From sequence record SRR20825019_2198: DNA of 64,000 nt; one strand, given 5' to 3'. A model generated the notes under the pieces. That model worked only from the letters and a program-made list of their open reading frames with translations. It made no database searches and was not told where the DNA came from. Within the stretch, counting starts at the first letter, position 1. Every line of letters starts with the position of its first letter. Of this stretch, positions 10,764 to 21,445 are shown piece by piece. Position numbers and translations under genes: made by a program.

Positions 10764-10790
10764 GAACCACCGGGTTTCCCCCGGTGGTTC
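10764..10790. terminator. Hairpin terminator between convergent genes
   Basis: GAACCACCGGG-tttcc-CCCGGTGGTTC perfect 11-bp stem with an A-rich left flank. Confidence 0.75.
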
Positions 10791-10812
10791 ATGCTTTTAG
10801 GGGTAGCCACTT

Positions 10813-12273
10813 CTAAAAACCGATCTCTACCGCAACTGTCAGTAGCACCATCGCGATAAATGAGAAGATAAGCCACAGCGGGAAGATAAACTTCGCCCAG
10901 CGGCCCCACCCAACCTGCGCGGTGGCCAGATAGGCCAGCAACGTGCCTGACGTGGGCGTCAGCATATTGGTAAGGCCATTGCCAAACAGGAAAGCAAGCA
11001 CCGTTGTTTGTGGCGGCACGCCGGAAAGCTGGCCGATAGGCCCGAGTATGGGCATGCTCACCGCTGCCTGCCCGGAGGTGGACGGAATGAGAAAATCAAG
11101 CAGCAGCTGTGAGACAAACATGCCCTGCGCCGCCAGCACCGGGCCACCGCCACCCACCATATTGGTAAGGCTGTTAACAACAGTATCCAGCACGCGACCA
11201 TCCGCCAGCACAACAGACACAGCCGTCGCCACACCGATCAGCACACTGGCCATCAGTACTTTTTTCATCCCAAAAACAAAGGCATTCGCGGCTTCGCTGG
11301 CGCCCAAACCGCTGAGTGCCGCAAGCACAAGGCTAAGCCCGATATAGTAGGCCGACAAAGCGTCATGGTGCCAGTGCCACCGGTTGGATGCATAAACAAG
11401 AATGCCCACACCCATCACCAATGCCAGAAGGGAAAGCGTGTGACGAAGGGACAGGCGTTCAGCGCTAAATTCAACCACCTCCGTGCGGGAGAAACCCGCC
11501 CGGCGCACCATAACCATCATGAATGCGATCCCCACCGTGAGGAACACCAGATAACAGGCGAACCGAAAGCCCGCACCGCTGAATATCTGCAGGCCCACCA
11601 GCGGCTGCGCAATCGTCAGGGGGATGGGGTTGGTGACAGAGGTGAGGTACCCGACCTTGACCGACACCGTAACCACCGCAAGCCCAATGATACGGGACAT
11701 GCCAAGTCGCTCGGAAAGAGCGGCCATGATAGGGATCACCAGAAGGTACTCAGACGCAAGACCGAGGAAGCTGCTACCGGCCGAGAACACCACCATAAGC
11801 CCGGGCACCAGCACATACATGTTGCCTTTAAAGACGCTGAGCAGGCGCTCAAGCCCGGCGTCGATCGCGCCCGACCGGGTGAGAATACCAAACATGCCAC
11901 CAATAATAAGCACCATGAAGATAAGGCCGGAACCACGTGATAAGCCTTCCGGGATAGCCATAAGCGTGCCAATAAAGCTCACGGGGCGAGCCTCAGCAGC
12001 CCCCTTACCGTCATCCTCGCCGGGAATAGCAAACAGGTTGGCAAGCGAACGGTCTTTCTCGATCACCTCAAAACTACCGGGGACCACCAGGTTGCCCTGA
12101 CGCTCAAACGCGCCGGAATCAATCACATAGGTCAGCACCATGGCCAGCACAAGAATACCAAGCAGAATAACAATAGGGTTTGTTGTATTGCTGCGCGCTT
12201 CAGCCTTTATGGCGTCCACACTCTCGCGTGCTTCGGCTTCTTGCTCGTGAAGGTCTATTTTCGTTTTGCTCAT
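10813..12273 (-). CDS. YfcC/DcuC-like (C4-dicarboxylate anaerobic carrier family) transporter
   Basis: Multi-TM protein with TNPIPLTIAQ, IPSTSGQA..SMPI and GNGLTNMLTPT motifs typical of the YfcC family. Confidence 0.85.
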   Translation of the reverse strand: MSKTKIDLHEQEAEARESVDAIKAEARSNTTNPIVILLGILVLAMVLTYVIDSGAFERQGNLVVPGSFEVIEKDRSLANLFAIPGEDDGKGAAEARPVSFIGTLMAIPEGLSRGSGLIFMVLIIGGMFGILTRSGAIDAGLERLLSVFKGNMYVLVPGLMVVFSAGSSFLGLASEYLLVIPIMAALSERLGMSRIIGLAVVTVSVKVGYLTSVTNPIPLTIAQPLVGLQIFSGAGFRFACYLVFLTVGIAFMMVMVRRAGFSRTEVVEFSAERLSLRHTLSLLALVMGVGILVYASNRWHWHHDALSAYYIGLSLVLAALSGLGASEAANAFVFGMKKVLMASVLIGVATAVSVVLADGRVLDTVVNSLTNMVGGGGPVLAAQGMFVSQLLLDFLIPSTSGQAAVSMPILGPIGQLSGVPPQTTVLAFLFGNGLTNMLTPTSGTLLAYLATAQVGWGRWAKFIFPLWLIFSFIAMVLLTVAVEIGF

Positions 12274-14144
12274 GGCTTATGCCCCGACACAACAGGCAGG
12301 ATAATGTGTGACGGGCGCTTTCCGTCCATGAAAACCTTGTTGCGCGCACGCAATGTGGTTGTCCATGCGCCTTCAGGCTCGCCCGTGTTGGGGTTGATGT
12401 CAAAATGCGGGAAATTGCTGCTTGCGATATCGATACGCACCCGATGCCCCTTCTTAAACAGGTTTGCCGTGGCAAACAGTTCAACGCTGATCTCACAAAC
12501 CTTGCTCGGCTCCAGAAGTTCAGCCTCTTCCCAGCTATCACGGTAGCGCGCGCGCAGGATACCATCGGTGATATTCATTGCAAAGCCGTCTGGAAAATCC
12601 GCATTTGCGGGATGCACATCAATCAGCTTCACCACAAAGTCCGTATCCACACAGTCGGATGAGACCCATAACCGGGCCTGTACTGGCCCCGCGATTGTCA
12701 GGTCATCCGCAAGCGGTGGCGTTTCAAAAGAGATAACATCCGGCCTATCCTTCAGAGCCCGCCCCGGTGCCACACAGCCAAAAAACATATCGCTCTCACG
12801 CTGGTCAAACGCGCCACCAATCATCAACGGCTCACCTGATGTCACCGCACCGCCAATGGTGGGGGTGGGCTGGCGCGGGTCGTAGACATATTCAACATAA
12901 GCCTCGCCACTTTTGGGAGCCTGCCACGCAAGCGCGCCTCCCCTTTCAAGGTAAAGCGCCGTCGGTTTAGCGTCATCAAGCGGCCAGTCACTGAAGGATT
13001 GCCACCGCCCGCCATGCTCGAGCCGCCCGGCATTGTCTGCCGTGCTATCGCCGCCGCCCATCACAAAAAGAGTTACCGGATTTTCTTCATCAAAGGTGCC
13101 GGTACGTTTGCCCTTGAGATAATGGTCAAACCACGCGAGGCGATAGTTGAGATAGTCCATGCCAAAATGGTTTTCAAAAACCGCATCCGCACCAAAATCA
13201 ACGTCGCCTGAAAACGAGAACGAGCGCTGACCATGGGTCCATGGCCCCATCGCCATGAAGGTGGGGCTTTTTCGGCCTTCCTTGAGGCCAAGATAATTGG
13301 TCACCGATGTAGCGACATAGGGGTCATACCAACTGTTGAGGATCATCACCGGAATGTCGGGGACCTGGCTGTAATGCTCAAGCGCCGACAGCCCAAGCCG
13401 CTGCCAATAAGGGCCGTAAGTGCCGTTTTGCCACTGCTCGAACAAATAGGCTTCATACTCTGGCGCGGCGCTGAGCGGTGAATGCCCAGGCGTCCAGGGC
13501 ATGTCATGGAACCAGTCCCCCAGCACTACGTTCTCAAGCGCCTTCTGGCGCGCCGGGTCGGCTTTTGTCTTAGGGCTAAGGAGCGCGTGTTTATAAGCCC
13601 AGGTAACCTGCTTCAGCTCAAACGCACCACCACGGCGGATACCCCCGTGATACGCGCTGGCGAAGCCACCGGAATCGAGGAACATGCAGGCAAGCCCGGG
13701 CGGGTTAAGGCACGCAGCAGAAATTTGCGTGTGCGAACCGTAAGAAACACCAAAGGTACCAATCTGGCCGTCGCACCAGTCCTGCGCCACAATCCAGGCC
13801 ATGGTGTCATAGCCGTCTTCCGCCTCATGCAGGTATTTGGAGAATGTCCCTTCCGAGCCGTATCGGCCACGACAATCCTGCATCACCACCACATAGCCAC
13901 GGCGGGCAAACCAGCGCGCTATATCAGCGCGTGACCGGGCGGCAGGAAATTCAACCGACTTTTCAGACCTGTTGAGGCCCTGTTTGTTATAAGGGGTACG
14001 CTCCAGAAGCACAGGCCATTTGCCGCCGCTCTTTCGCTCAGACAAGGCATGGGGCAGGTACACATCGGTCGCCAGATGCACACCATCGCGCATTGTTACC
14101 ATTACATCCTGCATTATCGTCAACTCTTGAACGGCCTCTGACAC
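12270..14144 (-). CDS. CocE/NonD-family hydrolase (peptidase S15-like)
   Basis: MRDGVHLATDVYLP, RTPY, QDCRGRYGSEG, nucleophile GVSYG, GPWTH, SSNFPHFD. Start uncertain (GTG 14144; ORF open to 14192). Confidence 0.92.
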   Translation of the reverse strand: MSEAVQELTIMQDVMVTMRDGVHLATDVYLPHALSERKSGGKWPVLLERTPYNKQGLNRSEKSVEFPAARSRADIARWFARRGYVVVMQDCRGRYGSEGTFSKYLHEAEDGYDTMAWIVAQDWCDGQIGTFGVSYGSHTQISAACLNPPGLACMFLDSGGFASAYHGGIRRGGAFELKQVTWAYKHALLSPKTKADPARQKALENVVLGDWFHDMPWTPGHSPLSAAPEYEAYLFEQWQNGTYGPYWQRLGLSALEHYSQVPDIPVMILNSWYDPYVATSVTNYLGLKEGRKSPTFMAMGPWTHGQRSFSFSGDVDFGADAVFENHFGMDYLNYRLAWFDHYLKGKRTGTFDEENPVTLFVMGGGDSTADNAGRLEHGGRWQSFSDWPLDDAKPTALYLERGGALAWQAPKSGEAYVEYVYDPRQPTPTIGGAVTSGEPLMIGGAFDQRESDMFFGCVAPGRALKDRPDVISFETPPLADDLTIAGPVQARLWVSSDCVDTDFVVKLIDVHPANADFPDGFAMNITDGILRARYRDSWEEAELLEPSKVCEISVELFATANLFKKGHRVRIDIASSNFPHFDINPNTGEPEGAWTTTLRARNKVFMDGKRPSHIILPVVSGHKP

Positions 14145-14291
14145 GAACCCAATTCCATTCTTACTTGATGATGACACCCGGTTTAGGCGCAAGCCTCCAG
14201 GTCGGTCTTTTGGGGATGTTCCCCGTCTGATCTGAATACAGCCAGGACCAGACAGGGAACAGCAGACTTCAAAACCAGTACTGCCGTGTTC

Positions 14292-17000
14292 TTAACCGCC
14301 GAACCGGGCCGTAAAGCGCAGATACCCGAAGGTGCCTTTCGCGTTGTAGGTATTGATGTCAAAGTTCACATTGGTGTTCACAAGCGACACAGGCGGTTGC
14401 TGGTCGAAGATGTTTTCAACACCCATGGTGATGGACATCGCGTCATCCCGGAAGTGATAGGTTGCTGCGATATCATGATACCAGATCGCAGGGATATCAC
14501 CGGCGGTGGTGTCGCTTGGGTCTTCGTCCGTTGAGCCAATCATACGGGCCGAATAGTTGGCCGACCAGTTGCCCTTGTGCCACTGGATGGAGCCTTTGCC
14601 GCGCCACTTGGGAATGCTTTCCCGAAGTACGTTTGAAGTGCCTTCCCGTTCCTGCACGGTGATAGAACCGTCATCGTTCACCAGCTCGTCAGTATAGTTG
14701 GTGAGGTAAGACGCATCGATGAGGAAGGTAAAGTCTCCCATATCTGTGCCGTCCACCTGATACCGCGCGGTCATGTCCCACCCTTCAACAGTTGTGGTGT
14801 TGAGGTTAACCGGGCCGTCCAGCAGGTTGGTAATCTCACCTGCCGCATCGCGGCTGATCAGGTCGCATTTGTCACCCGTATTGGCACAGAGGTTGAGGAT
14901 ACGCTGTGAGCCAAGGCTGGTGATCGTGTCCGACACCTTGATACGGTACCAGTCTACGGAAAGAGAGAGCCCCGGCACGGCCTTTGGTGTCAATACGGCA
15001 CCGACCGAATAGTTGCGTGATGTCTCTGGTTGCAGGTCAGGGTTACCGCTTACCGTTGCTGTCACCGCGTTGCCCGCCTGCTCATAGGTTGCTGGCACAC
15101 GGGCACAGCCAACAAGGCCAGCACCGCCCCCGCTGCAGGGGTCGTTCGCCACAAGGTTGGTGGCCCGCTCTGCCGGGGTGGATTCGAGGATAGACGGCGC
15201 ACGGAAACCTTCCGCAAAAGTGGCGCGTATAAGCAGGTCCTCAACCGGGCGCCAGCCAATACCAAACTTGGTGTTGGTGGTGTCACCGAAGGTGCTGTAG
15301 TGCGAGTAGCGTACTGCTGCGTCGATATTCAGGTCATGTACCAGCGGCATGTCCTTCAGAAGCGGTACATTCAGCTCTGTATAAAACTCATAGAGATCAT
15401 AAGACCCGCTTGAAGCTTCGCGCGGCGCGGAAGATGTGGTGCGGTAGCTATTGAGCACAGGGCTCGCGCCAACAAAGTAGTCAGGGTTATCAAACGCGCT
15501 TTCACGGCGATATTCAAAGCCGCCCGCAAAACCAACAGTACCAGCCGGCATTTCAAACAGGTCACCGGTGATGTTTGCTGTCAAGTCATGCTGGCGGGTG
15601 CCATGCTCGTCATGGGCATCGTAGCGCAGATAGTCGGTCATTGCTTCTGTCAGCGGGCCGAAATAATTGATTGGCACACAATCAGATACCGCCGCGCAGG
15701 CATCGTTTGACCCGAGCCCAAGCGCCAGATGTTCCATATTGATCTGGTTAAGTGAATCGAACGTAGAATCGTTCTTGCCGTAGGAATAAAACACCTCCCA
15801 CGACCAGCCGTTCGAGAATTCACCGTCAAGGCCAGCAGCAAAACGCCATGTTTCAACATTTTGCAGGTTTACCCGCTGGCCAAGCTCATCCAGCTGACGC
15901 GTAAGGTTCAGGCTGGACCCGGTTTCTTCGCCAAACGGGTTGAACGGATGGTCTGCTGGCAGAACATAACCCTCACCGCCACGCACGCGCGGTGTGATGG
16001 GTGAGAACAACTGGTCTGAACGGCGGTTGTTATAAAGGATCTCCGCTGTCGCATGGATACCCTCGGTGATCTGATATTCAGCCTGCCCCCAAATAGCATA
16101 GCGGCGCAGCGGACCAGTAACATAGGTATGGTCATAAATATTGGTGCGGTCTGCCGGGTCAACATAAGGCCTGAAATCATCTACCGACGTACCGTCCCGC
16201 CCTGCGATGGTGGTGAGCACGCCGCCAAGCGGTGTGCCAGTATAGCGGCCATTAGGGTTTGTGGTTGACCAGCTGTTGAGCGGCTCGCGTGTCAGCTCCC
16301 GGTCTTCGGTGTAAATTTCCTGCTGGTCTGTATACATGGCTGACACGAGAACCGAGCCACGGTCAAACGTCTGGCCCCAGGTCAGGTCAAAGCTCATGCT
16401 CTCCCCATCCCCGCGAGAGGTGCTGCCGCCATAGGCGTTTACCTCAAACCCATCCATTTTTTTGGTGTGGATATTGATCACACCCGCAATTGCGTCTGCA
16501 CCGTAAATTGCGGTGGCGCCGTCCTTCAGCACCTCAACCCTCCCAACGATGGACTGCGGAATGGTGTTCAAATCCACAAAGTCACGGAAACCACGTGTAC
16601 CGGAACCCGCCACCCAGCGGTGCCCGTTCACAAGAACCAGCGCACGGTTTGCACCAAGGTTGCGCAGGTTAATGCTGCTGGTGCCGTGGCTAACGCCGCC
16701 AGACCCGTTCGAGTTCAGACTAAAGCCAACGCCGGGCAGCTCTTGCAGCATTTCACCCATGGACACAAGGCCCGTGGCGTTCAGGTCATCACCTGACAGT
16801 GTAAACACCGGGCTGTTTGATACCTCGTCCTGGCGCTTGATGCGTGAGCCAACGACCGAAACCTCTTCAAACACCATCGGCTCATCAGCTGACGATGCGC
16901 TTGTTTGTGCTTGCACCGATGCGGCAAAAACACTTGATCCCAAAATGGTGCCAAGCATCAACAGGCTATGGCGTGATCGTTTCATTACACAGTTCTCCAT
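14292..17000 (-). CDS. TonB-dependent receptor
   Basis: EEVSVVGSRI, INLRNLGANRALVLVNG, VEVLKDGATAIYGADAIAGVIN, GNPDLQPE. GGAGG RBS upstream. Confidence 0.95.
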   Translation of the reverse strand: MENCVMKRSRHSLLMLGTILGSSVFAASVQAQTSASSADEPMVFEEVSVVGSRIKRQDEVSNSPVFTLSGDDLNATGLVSMGEMLQELPGVGFSLNSNGSGGVSHGTSSINLRNLGANRALVLVNGHRWVAGSGTRGFRDFVDLNTIPQSIVGRVEVLKDGATAIYGADAIAGVINIHTKKMDGFEVNAYGGSTSRGDGESMSFDLTWGQTFDRGSVLVSAMYTDQQEIYTEDRELTREPLNSWSTTNPNGRYTGTPLGGVLTTIAGRDGTSVDDFRPYVDPADRTNIYDHTYVTGPLRRYAIWGQAEYQITEGIHATAEILYNNRRSDQLFSPITPRVRGGEGYVLPADHPFNPFGEETGSSLNLTRQLDELGQRVNLQNVETWRFAAGLDGEFSNGWSWEVFYSYGKNDSTFDSLNQINMEHLALGLGSNDACAAVSDCVPINYFGPLTEAMTDYLRYDAHDEHGTRQHDLTANITGDLFEMPAGTVGFAGGFEYRRESAFDNPDYFVGASPVLNSYRTTSSAPREASSGSYDLYEFYTELNVPLLKDMPLVHDLNIDAAVRYSHYSTFGDTTNTKFGIGWRPVEDLLIRATFAEGFRAPSILESTPAERATNLVANDPCSGGGAGLVGCARVPATYEQAGNAVTATVSGNPDLQPETSRNYSVGAVLTPKAVPGLSLSVDWYRIKVSDTITSLGSQRILNLCANTGDKCDLISRDAAGEITNLLDGPVNLNTTTVEGWDMTARYQVDGTDMGDFTFLIDASYLTNYTDELVNDDGSITVQEREGTSNVLRESIPKWRGKGSIQWHKGNWSANYSARMIGSTDEDPSDTTAGDIPAIWYHDIAATYHFRDDAMSITMGVENIFDQQPPVSLVNTNVNFDINTYNAKGTFGYLRFTARFGG

Positions 17001-17159
17001 CACAATTGGTCCTCCCTAGACCGGCTTGCATTGGGTGGGCACCCATGCATGTCTCTTGATTTTGAGAAGGCTAGTGGAGGCAGTGACAGGTATTCAATAT
17101 TATGAAAATATAGCGCGACCCTATTCCGAAATATCATGCCCGGAAGGAAAAAATGGCGG

Positions 17160-18050
17160 TTATCCGGCGCTGAAGTAGGCCTTGCAGTGGTCGAGAAAGG
17201 CAGCTGCGGCCCGCGACATGGGGATTTGGGATGATGTCACAAACGCATATTTATGATCAATCGCCGGGCGGAAAGGCACAAGGCTGACACCCAGTCCCTT
17301 ATAAGCCTGACCCATAAGCTCGTTTACAAAGGCCACACCAACGCCCTTTGCCGCCAACGCGCAGGAGGCGCCGATCGCATGGGTTTCCGCCTTCACATTC
17401 ATCCATACCTTGGCTTCGCGGAAGGCATCTTGAAGCTGACGCTGGAACGCCTTGCCCTTGCCAAGCAGCACCAGAGGCTCGTCCCGCAGGTCCTTGGGAG
17501 TCAGCACCTTTCGGCCCTCAAGGGAGTGGCCTTTTTTTAGCACACACACAGTACCGGCGGTGACAATATGCTCAACCGACAGATTGGGGTGCGAGACGGG
17601 CAATTTCAGAAAGCCGCAATCCACCGCGCGGCATACCGCCTGCTCAACAATGGTTTCGTGGTTTCGGGAATCAATAGTGAACTTGATATCGGGGTGTTGT
17701 TCCAGAAAGCTGGCAATGGCACCTGCAAGCACACCCTCAACAAAACTTGGCGGGCCAACAACACGCAGTTGCCCCTTCGCCAGGTTCCTAAGGTCCTCCG
17801 CCAGAAGGCCGATGCGGTCAAAGCTCGACAGCGCCAGATCAACTTCCTGACATAGCTCAACAGCTTCCGGCAGGGGCGTAAGCCGCCCTTTGTCGCGGTA
17901 AAAAAGCTCAAGCCCTAGCTGGTCCTCAAGTTGGGCCAGTTGCCTGCTCACCGCAGATTGTGTCAGGCCCAGATTATGCGCGGCATCGGTCACCGAGCCT
18001 GTGCGCATAATCTCGCGGAAGCTTTCAAGGTGCCGTGATTTGGGCCGCAT
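17160..18050 (-). CDS. LysR-family transcriptional regulator
   Basis: GSVTDAAHNLGLTQSAVSRQLAQLE HTH plus substrate-binding domain. Confidence 0.95.
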   Translation of the reverse strand: MRPKSRHLESFREIMRTGSVTDAAHNLGLTQSAVSRQLAQLEDQLGLELFYRDKGRLTPLPEAVELCQEVDLALSSFDRIGLLAEDLRNLAKGQLRVVGPPSFVEGVLAGAIASFLEQHPDIKFTIDSRNHETIVEQAVCRAVDCGFLKLPVSHPNLSVEHIVTAGTVCVLKKGHSLEGRKVLTPKDLRDEPLVLLGKGKAFQRQLQDAFREAKVWMNVKAETHAIGASCALAAKGVGVAFVNELMGQAYKGLGVSLVPFRPAIDHKYAFVTSSQIPMSRAAAAFLDHCKAYFSAG

Positions 18051-18065
18051 GTCGGTTCCTTTGCT

Positions 18066-18113
18066 GGGCTTGGCGCTAGGCTTAGTATTGGGCTTGGTAT
18101 TGGGCTTAAAGTC
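18066..18113. repeat. Degenerate 12-bp tandem repeat x4
   Basis: GGGCTTGGCGCT / AGGCTTAGTATT / GGGCTTGGTATT / GGGCTTAAAGTC. Confidence 0.6.
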
Positions 18114-18231
18114 TTGTTCAGCGCCACAATAAGCCAGCCGTTCACCTCATGCAAAAGCATTCCGATTTTAGCAAAAGCCATTCCTAAACATCATAGCATC
18201 ATAGCAAGCCAGAAGCAGCCGTGCCCGGGCT

Positions 18232-19962
18232 TTAGCCTTCACACGCGCCGCCGCCCGGCCAACCTGCCCAGCCTGCGCCCCGTAGGGCGCGCCCCGGTGT
18301 GGCGCCGGTGTGGCTGCCGCCCTCAACCACCTGCACACCGTTGATGAACACATCGCGCACGCCGGTGGCATACTGCTGAGAGTTTTCAAACGTTGCGTGG
18401 TCGGTGATTGTATCGGCGTTGAAAATAACGATGTCGCCATAATAGCCAGGCGCGAGCATACCCCGCGCCTTAAGGCCAAGGTTATTTGCCGGAAATGCTG
18501 TCATGCGGTGCACCGCACTTTCAAGCGTGGTTGCCCCCACCTCGCGCACATAGTGCCCCAGCACACGCGCGAAATTGCCGTACGCTCTCGGGTGGGTGTT
18601 TGATTTGAGGAACACCCCTTCCGCCGCCGGGGCGCCCGCGTCTGAGCCAAATGACATCCACGGCAGTGCCACCGCGCGTTCCACATTCTCTTCGCTCATC
18701 ATGAAATAGGCGACAGAAACCCGTGTGCCGTCTTCCACCACAAGGTCCATGGCGGTTTCTTCCGGGCTTGTGCCGCGCTTTGCGGCAACCTCAGCCAGTG
18801 TCATGCCGGTGTATTTTTTAAGGTCAGGGTTCTTGAAGCCCATCAAGAGCGCACCTTCCGCGCCGCCTGCAGCATCATAAAGGTTCTCCCACCCCTCACC
18901 CGGCGCTTTCATCTCCGAAGCCACACGGGCCCGAATTTCCGGGTCCTGCAGGCGTTCGCGCCATTTCTCAAACCCGCCTGCCTGCACCCATGTGGGCATG
19001 GCAGCATCAAGCCCGGTGGCGCCTGCCGTATAGGTATACATGTCTGCGGTGATACGAAGGCCTTCAGCCCGCGCGGCTTCAACCCGCGCGATAGCATCAT
19101 CGATTTTGTCCCAATGCGCCTGACCGGCTTGTTTGAAATGATAAATCTCTGCCGGGGCGCCGCTGTTGCGGCTGATGGTGATCAGTTCGTCTATGGCCTC
19201 CAGAAGCCCACCACCTTCAGAACGCATATGGCTGATATACATGCCGTCGCATTTCGCCGCTTCGCTCACCAATGCTGTCAGCTCCTCCGTGCTCGCGAAC
19301 GTGCCGGGCGCATATATAAGGGACGAGCCAACACCAAGCGCGCCTTCTTCCATCGCTTGCCGCACGAGGCCGCGCATGGTGGCCAGCTCCGCCTCACTTG
19401 GCGCCACATCGTCTTCGCCCAGTGTGTGCACCCGCACGGTTTCCGCGCCCACAAAAGACGCAATATTGGGCGAAATGCCCTTCTGCTCCATATAGTCGAA
19501 ATACTCACCCAAGCTTGTCCACTCAATGGGGAAGCGCAGGTCGCCCTGCTGGTCAATCTTGGTCTTTTTCATGGCGTCATTGAGCGGCCCCATGGAGCTG
19601 CCCTCGCCCATCACCTCAAGGGTAACACCTTGCAGCACGTCAGACATACCGCGCCCGTCCACAATAAGGGTGTGCGGCGCCCAGCTAAGCATATTGATAA
19701 AACCGGGGGAGACCACATGGCCGCTGGCGTCAATTTCCCTGGCGGCTTTCGCCGGGCTTGTGCCTTGAGTAACAGCAGTGATTTTGTCACCATCAACCAC
19801 CACATCACCGATGAACCCTTCAGCGCCGCTGCCGTCCACAATCAACCCACCACGGATGATGAGGTCATGCTGCTCATCGGTTGCGGGTGTGCACCCAACT
19901 GCTAAAGCTAGCGCCACAAAGGCGATGCCTGCGATCTGTTTGATACCTGCTGCCATTTTCAT
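18232..19962 (-). CDS. N-acyl-D-amino-acid deacylase (amidohydrolase family), probable lipoprotein
   Basis: LAVGC lipobox, DASGHVVSPGFIN, SHMRSEG, FGSD, HPRAYGNFARVLG, GATPGRAL. Confidence 0.9.
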   Translation of the reverse strand: MKMAAGIKQIAGIAFVALALAVGCTPATDEQHDLIIRGGLIVDGSGAEGFIGDVVVDGDKITAVTQGTSPAKAAREIDASGHVVSPGFINMLSWAPHTLIVDGRGMSDVLQGVTLEVMGEGSSMGPLNDAMKKTKIDQQGDLRFPIEWTSLGEYFDYMEQKGISPNIASFVGAETVRVHTLGEDDVAPSEAELATMRGLVRQAMEEGALGVGSSLIYAPGTFASTEELTALVSEAAKCDGMYISHMRSEGGGLLEAIDELITISRNSGAPAEIYHFKQAGQAHWDKIDDAIARVEAARAEGLRITADMYTYTAGATGLDAAMPTWVQAGGFEKWRERLQDPEIRARVASEMKAPGEGWENLYDAAGGAEGALLMGFKNPDLKKYTGMTLAEVAAKRGTSPEETAMDLVVEDGTRVSVAYFMMSEENVERAVALPWMSFGSDAGAPAAEGVFLKSNTHPRAYGNFARVLGHYVREVGATTLESAVHRMTAFPANNLGLKARGMLAPGYYGDIVIFNADTITDHATFENSQQYATGVRDVFINGVQVVEGGSHTGATPGRALRGAGWAGWPGGGACEG

Positions 19963-20225
19963 CTTGGGTCCCCCATATAGCCAAACTGCGCGTGTATTTG
20001 CGTGGTTCAGCATAAGGGCATTGGGGCACAAATGTATAGGCCGTGCGTATATGACTATGAGCAGTACATCCCGTGCATGCTAGGCCTTGCATCACCCGGC
20101 CCACATCTGCCATGATCCGCCCCGAAAATGAGGGGCACCAATGAGGCCCCCGTACATGAGAGAGCATACTATCTGCCTATTCCAGCAGGTAACCGGTTCG
20201 CAGGGAAAAGGCGTAGAGACACGGC

Positions 20226-21413
20226 ATGATACTGCAAGAAGCAAAAGAGACCATCGCGCGGGTCCTTGACCCCATCGGATACGATCAGTTTTTTGACGAG
20301 ATCTTTGGCCGCAAACATCTGGCCGTGATCGGAAATGATGTTGCTGATTGCCGCATGCTTTTGGGTGATGACCCCAAAAAAACCATCCTCAGTGGTTATG
20401 AAGATCATGCCCATACGCTGACCTGCCATATCCGTAATGCGGCCACGCCGCCGCCTATACCGCGCCGTGTGCCGGACGCGCAAGCCTATGCGGATCTGAT
20501 CAAGGAATATCACGAGCGGGATTATACCATCCGTGTGCCGGATGCCACGAACCTAACGCCGGAGCTTGCAGCGTTTAACCGCGCCATTGATATCGTGGTT
20601 GGCAATCCCACCGGCACCGTTATTTTCTGGAGCGAAGGTGGCGCTGAAGCCCCGGTCCATGACGATGAGGTTGATGTCATCATCATCCAGCTTCTCGGGC
20701 AGAAAAAATGGTTCATCTCAAACGACCCGCCGCGCCTGCCAAACGACTGGAAGGCCCTTGGCGCCGGTGAACCACCCATGGGGCAATACAGCACCTATGA
20801 CGTAAAGCCGGGTGACCTTCTGTATCTGCCGCGTGGGACCACGCACACGGTACAGTCCACCAGCGAAAGCATCCACCTTGCCATTGGCTTCAAGCCAGTG
20901 ACGGTGAGAGATGCGGTGATGTCCATGCTGGATTATTTGTCTGATCTTGATATGCCGCTTCGCACCCAGCTTGGTGCCCGCGCCGATGCGCTGGCGCACA
21001 ACCAGCTCAGCCAACTCATGGTACGCCAGATTGGCGAGACGCTTCAAAAGCTGCAGCAAGGCCTGCGCTCAGAAGCTTTCATCCGGGATTCGCTCGCGCA
21101 CCGGCACGCAAAAATGCTGATGGAACTGCCAACCCTGCCCAAAAACACATTGGAAAAGCCGCTCACCGCAAACAGCGTGGTGCGCCAGCATCCGCTCGCT
21201 GCCGCCCGGTTGTGCGTTACACCCAACATCCTTGATTTCCGCCAACCGGGGACCTACACGCTCGTCCACCTTGGGGTGGAAAGCTCCATGCGCTACCTGA
21301 TGAATACGCCTGAGTTTCGCGTGGGTGATATCCCCGGCGACGTGGGAGACGATGTGCGTATAGCACTTGTCAAAATGTTCGTGGAAAACGGCTATCTGAC
21401 AGTGGTTAAATAA
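20226..21413 (+). CDS. JmjC/cupin-4 (ROXA/NO66-like) 2OG-Fe(II) oxygenase
   Basis: PVHDDEVD (HxD), QLLGQKKW, KPGDLLYLPRGTTH; C-terminal winged-helix-like tail. Confidence 0.82.
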   Translation: MILQEAKETIARVLDPIGYDQFFDEIFGRKHLAVIGNDVADCRMLLGDDPKKTILSGYEDHAHTLTCHIRNAATPPPIPRRVPDAQAYADLIKEYHERDYTIRVPDATNLTPELAAFNRAIDIVVGNPTGTVIFWSEGGAEAPVHDDEVDVIIIQLLGQKKWFISNDPPRLPNDWKALGAGEPPMGQYSTYDVKPGDLLYLPRGTTHTVQSTSESIHLAIGFKPVTVRDAVMSMLDYLSDLDMPLRTQLGARADALAHNQLSQLMVRQIGETLQKLQQGLRSEAFIRDSLAHRHAKMLMELPTLPKNTLEKPLTANSVVRQHPLAAARLCVTPNILDFRQPGTYTLVHLGVESSMRYLMNTPEFRVGDIPGDVGDDVRIALVKMFVENGYLTVVK

Positions 21414-21445
21414 GGCCTAACCGGTCTCTCAGCTCTTGAGCCCAC

